Below are positions 14,226 to 24,399 of a stretch of DNA of 64,000 nucleotides, in pieces. Below the pieces are notes generated by a model. That model ran no database searches. It was not told where the DNA came from and worked only from the letters and a program-made list of their open reading frames with translations. Source of the stretch: Eledone cirrhosa. Taxonomy: Eukaryota. Numbering within the stretch: the first letter of the stretch is position 1; every line of letters begins with the position of its first letter. The stretch is taken from assembly GCA_964016885.1 (NCBI GenBank), contig OZ024741.1, positions 280,550,001 through 280,614,000 of the forward strand. The letters run 5' to 3'. The position numbers and the translations under genes are program-made.

Positions 14226-14625
14226 TCATCATCATCATTTTTACACCTGCTTTTCCATGCTCACATGGGTTGGACAGCTTCTTCTCACCACAGCATCTCT
14301 CCACTTGTCGTGATCCTTTGTCATCTCCTCTGTTTTTTTTAGGTCAGCTCTCACAACCTCTGCCCAGGTCTTTCTCAGTCTACCTCTATTGTAGCTTCCC
14401 TCCACTGAAATTTCCTGGCACTTCTTCACCCAGCAATCATCATTCATGCACATCATATGTTCATACCAACGTAGTCTTCTTTCCTGCACACCACCTCAGA
14501 TTCCTTTTAAACCCAACCTCTTCTTTAACTCATCCAAGCTCTGCCTTTCTCTCACACTTACATTGCACATCCAACAAAGCATAGTTGCTTCATTTCTTTC
14601 CAGCCTGCACATGTCCTCTGCAGTC
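14226..14625 (-). mobile_element. RTE LINE 3' fragment (a further 3' piece at about 14920-15125 on +)
   Basis: QERRLRWY.H..M.DD.WVKKC...GR.RKTW.EVV..DL; homologous to 27000-27400; (GAT)n tail. Confidence 0.85.
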
Positions 14626-15689
14626 ACTACTTAAAAATCACTACTAAAAAACAAGAAGAAATCTAAACAGATACTCCCCAAACTACCACAAGAAAAGCTG
14701 GTTTATCTAAACTTTAGGTTTGTTTATAAAAAAAATTCATGATGAAAGAAATGAAAAGTTGCTATTAAAGCCTTCATAAGATATAAACAAAGAAACTGGT
14801 TTATTAGTTATGTAAACTAATACCTATGCAGCCTTTCAAAAGATGAGAATGTAAACACTTCTAACTCTACTTTAAAATGTGAGAATTGAGAAGGAAATTA
14901 TGTTCTATATTATATGGACGTGATGCAAATCCCACTGGAAGGAAACCGCTGTAGAGATAGAGCAAGTAAGACCTGGGCAGAGGTTTTGAGAGCTGACCTC
15001 AAATCACTGAGATTCACAGAGGAGATGACGAAGGAACCCAGTGAGTGAAGAGATGCCATGCTGAGAAGGATCTGACCAGCTCATGCAAGTGTGGAAAAAC
15101 AGACGTAAAAACGATAATGATGATTTTCTTTTTATTCATTTAGATATTTTAGGTTTTGTATTTCGGCACAGGACCAACAATTTTAGGGGAGGAGAAAGTC
15201 GATTAAATCCATTATATTATTATCATATGTAATGCAGCTACTTATCGTATCACAGATGTGAGTTCGATTCCCACATGTGACTCTGTCCACCTTTTTTTTA
15301 CATCCCTACAAGTTTGTGTTATATGTCCAGTTTGTTTGACTATTTAGTAGTTAAATCTGCATTGTAGCAGCTTACAATAAGTTAACATACTTTCAAAATT
15401 ACTCCCATCCCATGTGTGTATACGCTCATACATACATAAACTACATAATATGACAGGGCTTAGCTTAGTGGGAGTTATGAATGCAGGCCAGCAGCTGGTT
15501 TACGGTATTTTTTTAGTGTTATGTTTTTGGTCTTATTTACATACATACATAACTATAGGTAGATCAGCCAGCTATAGTTATCTAAAGGACCCCAGTATTC
15601 TTAGAAGCATACCCACACGTTTCCTATTTGATAATCCTGGCATCTTAACTATATAAACTATTATCAGGTAAAGACCATTTATTAAAACA

Positions 15690-16031
15690 CAGTGGAACCT
15701 CGGTTCACAAACTTAATTCTTTCCTGAAGGCCATTCGCCATCCGAAATATTCATAAACTGAAACTATTTTTCCCATACGAAATATTGAGAGAAAAATTCA
15801 ATGAGAGAGAGACTGTGCCAGAAAGACAGATAGATATCACCTTAGTAATTAACTACACAGCAAGTGACACTTTCCCGCTGATACTCCAAGCTTGTTGCCA
15901 ACCGTTGTTGCCAGCTTGTGTATTTGATATTCAAGACACCGTTCATGAACCGAGACATTTTATGTTTAGAAAAATTGCTCGTGAACTGATTTGTTCATGA
16001 TGAGAGGCATTCATGAACCGAGGTTCCACTG
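15690..16031. mobile_element. Tc1/pogo-type MITE
   Basis: TIRs CAGTGGAACCTCGGTTCA / TGAACCGAGGTTCCACTG, followed by TA. Confidence 0.85.
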
Positions 16032-17133
16032 TAAATCTTATATTTTTTACTGCTGGTGATTTTCTCACAGCTGTTTACATGCCATCTCTATGGCACACTG
16101 AATTCAACTGTAATACAGAAATAGTAATTTTTATCTAGAGAACTAGTACAAGCAATTCTATTGATGCTGTCTGAACTTTTGACCTTTTAATGCTTCAAAT
16201 ACTTAACACATTTTAATCATCATATTTTTTTTTTATTTTCTGTAACTTTTTACAAGTGTAATAACTTTTTATATTCAACTACACACATACACACCCACAC
16301 ACACACTCATGTCCAGACTCATGCATGTGCACGCACACTCATGCCTGTAAAGTCATTATGCTATTTGTATTTAACTTCACTTCAATATGTGATGTGAAAG
16401 TAAAAATTCAAACTGTACAACATCATGAGAACTACACCACAAAAAATGTCTCTGTCTTTGGAATCAACGGTCAAGGTGGACATCTTTCCTTGAGCAGAGC
16501 AAACCATTTAGTTGGAAGATATTGGTCGTGGTCAAGCTTGGAGAGGGGTGGACTCTATCAAGCTGTAATTTGCCCACATATTGCTGCATAAAAGGTGCCC
16601 GCTATACCATGGCTCTTGAGAGTCAGACACAAGTGAAGTGGTGTCTCAAATAGTAAGCTTTCTTTTCAAGGCCAAAAAATCCTTCTGCTTGATTCTTTAC
16701 AACACTCAAGTGCAACACATACTAGAGTATTGGTCACATATTTTCAACAATACCTTTGCTAAATACACACGCACACACGTATTTGACAGCCCACATAAAA
16801 AAAGCCCAACCATCTGATCAACCAAGATTGACTCCTCACCCCATGATTTAGACACAAGGCCAACAATTTTGGGTGTAGGGGAGTTGATTAAATCAACTCC
16901 AGTGTGTTACTGGTGCCTTATTTTATCGATCCCAAAAGGATGAAAGGCAAGCTGACCTCAGCAGGATTTGAACTCGGAACGTAAAGGTCCATAACTGTAT
17001 GCTACAAAGCATGTTGTCCGACGTTTTATCAATACCACCACCCTCGATTTAAAAATAATGACCTTGTGCTAAGTTAAAATAAAATCAGTATTTAACATTT
17101 ATGTTGACACATTTATTATTCAATCATTTACAG

Positions 17134-17299
17134 AGCTGTGTACGATGGCGATGATTTGGATAAGTTTATGGAACGACTTGATAGTCGCATCAAGAATCAC
17201 GACAAAGAAATTGAACGAATGTGTAACCACCACTACCAAGGTTTCATTGATTCTGTACGGGAACTATTACAAGTTAGCAATGATGCTGCTAAGCTGAAG
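17134..17299 (+). CDS. EXOC6: Exocyst component 6 (Sec15), first visible coding exon (likely exon 2)
   Basis: Acceptor tttacag|A, donor AAG|gtaaga. Translates AVYDGDDLDKFMERLDSRIKNHDKEIERMCNHHYQGFIDSVRELLQVSNDAAKLK, matching the remembered EXOC6 N-terminus (SVYD...FMEKLD..IRNHDKEIEKMCNFH.QGF). Phase 2 in, phase 0 out. Confidence 0.95.
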
Positions 17300-19249
17300 G
17301 TAAGACAAGATATTTCTCATAAGAACACTTGTTTGCTTTTGTTGAACTCAAGATAACAGCATTATTTCACAAACTGCAAGATAACAGTAATTCAGCTATA
17401 TTCATTGAAGATAAAGACAATTTGGATCAGCTATTATTCTCATTACCCCATCTTCCTCCTCTCTCTCTCTCTCATATATATATCATTTCTTATCATTTTA
17501 TATATATATATAAATTAAATAATATGACTGAAAACATAGAAATTTGTTTTATATCAGACATTTTTCTCATATCCATTGCATGGTTGTTATGGTTCTACAA
17601 ATTCATACATTTGTATGGATTATTGTAACAACAACTGTTTTACATGTAAATGTTCTTTACACTCAAACTATTTAACTATGACAACACAGCCAACCTGTGA
17701 GAGCAGGGGAAAATGACATAATGGTGATGATTGTGGTGGACCAGGTGCTTTTTGTTGTGGCACCAGTACTACCACCTTGCACAGTGGACTGGGTGCTTCT
17801 TGATGTGGCACCAGTACTATCACCTTGCACAATGGACTGGGTGATTTTTGTTGTGGTGCCAGAACTACTACCTTACAGGGTGGACAGGGTGTTTTTTGTT
17901 GTGGCCACTTTACAGTATGTTATATGTTATACATTGTTATATGATACACAATATCATTATTTCCATAATGTTTAACTCTTTTGCTACCAGAAACTGGTTC
18001 TAAGATACACAGTTATTTGTTTTTAAATGTTTAAATTTAAGCCTACTATCATAATTTTTACAAGATAAAATTTTATATTCCAAATACTGGCTTAATTAGT
18101 TATATTACTAAATACATTCAAATTCTTGATTATTTTCAAAAGTAATTAAGAATCATAGACAGTGGCTTTCATTAGCAATGTAGTAATGAAGGGTTAAAAA
18201 AAAAAGATGTTAGCTTAAATAATAAATATATTTTGATAAAATACATGATAAATGCATCCAGTACACTCTGTAAAGTGGTTGATGATAAAAAGAGCAGTCA
18301 GCCCAAGAAAACTTGTCAAACAGTGGGTAGGGAAGACTTTTCAGCTGTGTTAAAGATATGACAACCTGCCAAGTGTTCGTGGTTTACACAAATGCACCCA
18401 CTAGACTCTGTAAAGTTGTTGGTAATAGAAAAAGCAGCAAATTGTAGAAAACCTTGCAAAAAAAAAAGTCTGCTGCTAGGACTCTTCAGTTGTTCCTAAG
18501 ACATGACAATCTCCCTTGTGATGGTGTTCCAATAAAATGCACTTAGTAATACATGGGTTCCTATGTAAGTGCAAACACCTAGCCAACAATGAGGTCAGGA
18601 ACTCTACTTTGGGTAGTAAACTGCTCTGTTAAAGACACATCCAACCATTGCTAACAAACGGGAAATGATGATGGTGATTTTGGGTAAGCTAAGCTGGCTA
18701 CATGGTAAACCTCACCTATGTACACAGTCAGCCCCACTTGTAACCTCATTGTCAAATTTTATTGATTCCAATAGTTATTTGCCATTAAAATCCTTAACTA
18801 CATACTTTCCAACCAAAATTTCCCTCACTAATTAGTTCTGCTGTTAGTCCAAATGTTGTACTAAATAAGATCAACTAGTAGTCAGTTATATAGTAATGTG
18901 TTCTGTTTGTTCACTTTTGATTTGTTTTTAGTAGTTTGCCTTCTTTTTTTGTGGTACTAGCAATAAGGAAGTAAATGACTTGTAATGACATGTTGCTTCA
19001 GTTTTTAACATTTCCTCCGTATTTCTCATCTAAGTACTAGTGTTCTTGTAAAAGAACCTACCCCCTCTTTTCTCACTTTCCCTCTCCCTTCCTCCCATCT
19101 CCCCATCAGATATTTCCAGAGAATGTACTGGAGTTTGTCTTACTGACTGTCCCACCTCAGCTACTTTTCTCATGAATTTAATTTGGATGGGAAAAAATAT
19201 TCCCACCTCTCCCTTCTTCATAAGCTTCTCTCTTTCTCCCAACCACCTC

Positions 19250-19285
19250 TTTCCTGATGAAGGACTAACGTTTGATACATTGAAA
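19250..19285 (+). ncRNA. Decayed minimal hammerhead motif
   Basis: TTTC-CTGATGA-AGGAC-TAAC-GTTT-GATA-CA-TT-GAAA. Reconstructs to ...GTCC-GAAA-CG-TC-GAAA largely by CpG-type transitions; probably inactive. Confidence 0.45.
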
Positions 19286-19555
19286 CATTCCTTTTCCAAC
19301 AAGTGTGAAAGTAATAAGACTGTGTAGTTGTATCCTCGTGTTTGTCTATTTCTTTTATCTTGAACTAGTGTGTGTGTGTATGTATGTATGTATGTATATA
19401 TATATGTATATATATAATTATTATTATTATTATTATACTTTGGGGGGGGTTTATGCTGTCAATAAAAACACACACACCTGTTGGATTTCACTTCAATTTA
19501 TTATAAACTCCCAGTTAGTTAGTTTAATAACTAGATGGTTGTTTAGTTGTTGATT

Positions 19556-19598
19556 GTCAAAGCTCTGTCGTAACACATTCTGTGACCTCCTCAGTGAC
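19556..19598 (-). ncRNA. Decayed hammerhead motif, same family as 32661
   Basis: Minus strand GTCA-CTGAGGA-GGTCACAGAATGTGTTAC-GACA-GAGC-TT-TGAC (GAAA to GACA). Flanks 19436-19610 resemble 31325-31490. Confidence 0.5.
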
Positions 19599-19744
19599 TA
19601 ATTTTGTTTCTTTCCTTTGTTCTGTCCTACACCATCTTGAGAGGCACTCCAGGTAGAGCCCCTACTTCTCCGAATTAAGAGATCATAGCTCCAATACTAT
19701 GGGCAGACACCAGTTCACACTGTAAAGTGGTTATTCTGGTGACA

Positions 19745-20062
19745 TGCAAAAAGTGCCCAGTCCACACTGTCAAATGATCATGTTGATAACATGACAAAAA
19801 GTGCCCAGTCCACACTGTCAAATGATCATGTTGATAACATGACAAAAAGTGCCCAGTCCACACTGTCAAATGATCATGTTGATAACATGACAAAAAGTGC
19901 CCAGTCCACACTGTCAAATGATCATGTTGATAACATGACAAAAAGTGCCCAGTCCACACTGTCAAATGATCATGTTGATAACATGACAAAAAGTGCCCAG
20001 TCCACACTGTCAAATGATCATGTTGATAACATGACAAAAAGTGCCCAGTCCACACTGTCAAG
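19745..20062 (+). repeat. 48-bp minisatellite, about 6.5 identical units, within an RTE-tailed SINE body
   Basis: Unit ATGACAAAAAGTGCCCAGTCCACACTGTCAAATGATCATGTTGATAAC; element continues to a (GAT)n tail at about 20315. Confidence 0.95.
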
Positions 20063-21092
20063 TGGTCATGTAGGTGTCACAACAAAAAGCACTCAGACCA
20101 CACTGTATTGTGGTTGTGTAGGTGTCATGACAAAAAGCACCCAGCACTCACTGCATATGTGGTTGGCATTAGGAAAGGCATCCGGCCATAGAAACCAAGC
20201 CAGAAACAGTTCTGTATGAGCAAGACATGGTCATCTGATTTGACTGACTCAAATCGAACAACTTGTCTAACCCATGCTAACATGGAAAATGGATATTAAA
20301 CAGTGATGATGATGATATATACACACTCACACACACACAAACAATTTGTTTGTGTTTGTGTGCACGCATGTACTTAAAATTTTTTAACTCTTTTGATACC
20401 AAGCTGCTTGAAACCTCCCTTGTTTCTATGATACAAATCCGTACTTGGTAGAGTGATCGTTATACATGCTTCCACTGTCACAAACCCCTAGTTGCCTAAA
20501 TGTGTATTTAGTTTTTTTCATATCAATCAGCCTGAAACCTCCTTTAGTTCTATAATACAAATCTGTTTATTTTAAGATGTTTATATTTATCTAAAATATA
20601 ACATATAATTATTTATTAAATTATGTTACAAATGCCATCTTAATAATAATTTCAAATTTAGGCACAAAGCCAACAATTTTTAGGGAGGGAGAAATCAATT
20701 ACATAGATCCCTAGTACATGACTGGTACTATTGACCCTGGAAGGATGAAAGGCAGGATTTAAACTCAGAATGTAGAAAGTGATAATTAAATACTGCAAAT
20801 CATTTTGTCCGACGATCTATCGATACTGCTAATCCTGCTGATACTACTCAACGTTTGCACAAAATCATTTTGTCCGACACTCTACCAGCACTACTCAATG
20901 TTTGCACAAAATCATTTTGTCCGACACTCTATCTGCACTACCCAATGTTTACACAGAATCATTTTGTCCAATGCTCTACCAATCCTGCCAATCCTACTAT
21001 TACTGAATGTTTGCAGAGGCATAGAGAGCAAGTTAAATTTGTTAATCTTTGGCAATGTAGCTTACAAGGTCAGAGAGAAAGTGAGTATACAA

Positions 21093-21142
<50 letters not shown>

Positions 21143-21493
21143 TGAAGCAGAGATTCCTTGGTGGTAGTAGTTGTAGTAATGACATGCATGGGGAGGGGAA
21201 GTATGGAGTGATGATGATTGGTGATGAAGCATACACCTTAACATACTACTAACACTGTATGAGTCAGAGTAACATTGCAAACAGGCAGCATATCAAAGAT
21301 GTTGATTAGTTGGTAGAATGCTGAAGAAAAATTCTATTAGGTTGTGCTGCCAATAATACAATCAGCCTTATGGACCTTAATCATTAGAATCAGTGTTTTA
21401 GCTTGAAATTATTAAAGTAAAGAATTTGCAGACAGGCAGACTACAAGAGAATTTGAAATCAAAACCTTTTGATTGCTGACAGTTGTTTTTTTT

Positions 21494-21531
<38 letters not shown>

Positions 21532-22188
21532 GATTTTTTTTTGTTTTTTCTTCTCTTCAGTTTTTTGTTTTGATGCAAATTTAAATATCATCAGCTTTAT
21601 TAACTCTTCTGATATGAAACCACCTGAAATTGCCCTTTGTAAGGACTCTCATTAACTTATGTTCTAAATACCAGGTTAATAATGAGGTAGTTAGTTGTAT
21701 TACTGTAATGACCGAAAGAATACGATCGCGAACACAAACAGCCGAAATAGGGTTCCTCTAAAGGGATGGTAATATTAACATAGATACTCTTTATAAAGAG
21801 AGATGGTCACATCTGAAATGGCTTTGATGATCCATCTGCCTAATCAGGGCTGAGCTTGGGGCTAAAAACAACAACAAAAAACACATATAATTAATCTAAC
21901 TCTAATTATGTTAGCAACAGGTTGACCCTTTCAAATTTTCTTGAGATGCTTCCACCTTCATTTGACATTTAAGAGGTTGCTTTAGCCCATTTCATACCAA
22001 CATGCCTTAAATTACTCCCGTTTTATGATATAAACCAGTTCATTTCATACCAACCAGCCTTACACTGCTCCTGTTCTATGATAAATCAGCACTTTTGATA
22101 CCAACATGCTTTAAACTACTACCATTTTATGATATAACTTAGCCCGTTTTTAAATGTTTATACTTATATTAAAACCTTCCATTATAAG

Positions 22189-22382
22189 ATAGTGTTTTAT
22201 GAGAAGGCTACAGCAATTGAATTGGGACATTAAATGATAAAAATAATAACAAAGTTGTTGGAATGTTATCTTGAAGTTGTTTAATAATTAAGCAACTTCA
22301 AGGTAACATTCCATCTTTATCATTATTTTTAACATTTAATGTCCCATTTGTATTGTTGTAGCTTTCTCATAAAACACACTAT
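22189..22382. repeat. About 190-bp near-spacerless palindrome (foldback)
   Basis: ATAGTGTTTTATGAGAAGGCTACAGCAAT...CTTGAAGTTGTTTAAT a ATTAAGCAACTTCAAG...ATTGTTGTAGCTTTCTCATAAAACACACTAT. Confidence 0.9.
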
Positions 22383-23433
22383 TTTGTACACGTTACACAA
22401 TACTTCAAGCAAACTGCAACACTCTCATCATAATTTTATCTAAGAAATTATTGTCAACTAAGGTTCCAAACATCAACTTAATAAAAAGTTATCTTACTAA
22501 TTTTCTTAAATTAAAAAAAAAATATTTTCAAAATAATTGAAACACATTGGTAGTTTATTTCATTGGAAATATTGTAACAAAAAAGTTAATGCTTCCTTCC
22601 CCTAGACTGGTACAATAAATCACCCTTGATGAGATTTAAACCATGGAACTGCAGGGGCTTGAACTCATTGCTGACAGGTCTAAGTTTTAATACTTTTACC
22701 ACTGCACCAATGCAGATATCCTGTTTAATAATTGTTTCTAATATAGACTCAAAGCCAGCAAGTTTAAGTGAGGGAAACGTCAATTAAATCAACCCTTATA
22801 CTTTACTGGTACTTTATTTTATTGACCCTGGAAGAGTGAAAGGCAAAGATGACTTTGGTGGGATTTAATCTCAGAATGTACATGATGTAACTCAATGTTA
22901 CAAAGCATTCTGTCCAACACTCCAATGATTCTGCCAATCCACCACCTTTTGTCCAGTTTAATAATAGCTGTCATGGCGGCAGCTCTTCTTAGCAACTATT
23001 TAAACTGCAGACACCACAGCAGGAATACTTTAAAGAATGTTTGAGTAAGTGTGTGAGGAGAGAGACAGAGTGATCAATAGTGTTCTGACTGGCAGACAAG
23101 TTCTGTTGACCTTGTTTACACTGACACAGGCTCCTGGTGTTGCTACGACTACCTTGCAGCTTTTGCTATCATTTATACATACCTACATGCATGTATATAT
23201 AGATGCCAGCATTGAATGATACTATACCACCTGGAGTGTTGTTGTATTTATTGATCAGTGAGGTGGGTGGAGAACTGACTCAAGCTTCAAATTCTCTATC
23301 ATTATGTTACCATTGTAATCAGCACAACTTAGTGAAGGGCATTTATGTTAAGTCCTGTAGTGTCACTCATAATGAAATTTGTAATATTTTGATTATCTGA
23401 TTACTTTGTATATGTGATTACTATATATATATA

Positions 23434-23839
23434 TCATCATCATCATCATCATCATCATCACCATTTTACGTCCGTTCTTTCATGCTAGCATGAGTTAGAT
23501 GGGTTGTCCTGTTGTGGGCAGTGTTCGGTCGGCTGACCTTGTCTTGCTCATACAGGAACTGATTCTGGCTTGATTTCTACAGCTGGATGCCCTTCCTAAC
23601 ACCAACCTCATTTACAGTGAGTGCTGGGTGCTTTTTTGCCATGGCACCTCGACAACCACTTTGCAGTGGAATGATAGGGACCCAGTCCTATCATCTCATT
23701 TCTACAGCTGAGTAAACTGGAGCAATGTGAAATAAAGTCTCTTGCTCAAGGAAACAACCCATCACCTGGTCCGAGAATTGAACTCACAACCTTTCAATTG
23801 TAAGCCCAATGCTCTAACCACTGAGCCATGCGCCTTCAC
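23434..23839 (-). mobile_element. Full-length tRNA-head, CORE-like, RTE-tailed SINE
   Basis: Minus strand: A box TGGCTCAGTGG, B box GAGTTCAATTC, CCTTGAGCAAG..CTCAGCTG core, GGTGTTAGGAAGGGCATCCAGC body, CATGCTAGCATG..GGACGTAAAA(TGA)n tail. Confidence 0.8.
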
Positions 23840-23916
23840 ATATATATATCCAGGAAAAACTTGAACCGTTAAGGTATTTTTTCTTGGTTATATCAATATT
23901 TATAAAACAAACTTTG

Positions 23917-23977
23917 TATTTTATCTGATGAGAGCGTACCAAAGTTTTGGTACCCTTGAAATATATATAATAGAATA
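23917..23977 (+). ncRNA. Type I hammerhead ribozyme motif (intact core)
   Basis: TATTTTAT-CTGATGA-GAGCGTACCAAAGTTTTGGTACCCTT-GAAA-TATATA-TA-ATAGAATA. Stem I 8 bp (1 G-U), long stem II with one C-C mismatch, palindromic stem III ATATATAT. Predicted cut after 23969. Confidence 0.8.
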
Positions 23978-24017
23978 AATATGGTTTTATAAATATAGTT
24001 TCCATTTATTTAATATC

Positions 24018-24056
<39 letters not shown>

Positions 24057-24399
24057 GAGGTTGGTGCTAGGAAGGGCATCCAGCTGTAGAAACCAAGTCA
24101 AAATCAGTTCTGTATGAGCAAGGCATGATCACCTAACCTGGCATTGCTGACAACCAGGTAATTCGTCTAACCCATGCCAGCGTCGAAACATGAATGTTAA
24201 ACGGTGATGTCATTTTGTTTCTTGTTATATACAGGTGGTATGTGGAGATGGCTGTGTATTTGTTATTTATATTTGTGTGTATGTAACTGGCAACGGTTCT
24301 CACTTCACACCCACCCACCCCACCTCTACCACATTCGGTATACATGTCCGATGCTGTATGCTAACCACTCCCTCGTGAATATATCACAGACAGACAAGG

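Noticed and set aside
19675-20219. Repetitive ORFs on both strands / CRISPR-like array
   Set aside because: By-product of a stop-free 48-bp minisatellite; no spacers, eukaryotic intron.
23760-23839. tRNA gene on the minus strand
   Set aside because: A and B boxes are present but run straight into a SINE core; it is a SINE head, not a tRNA gene.
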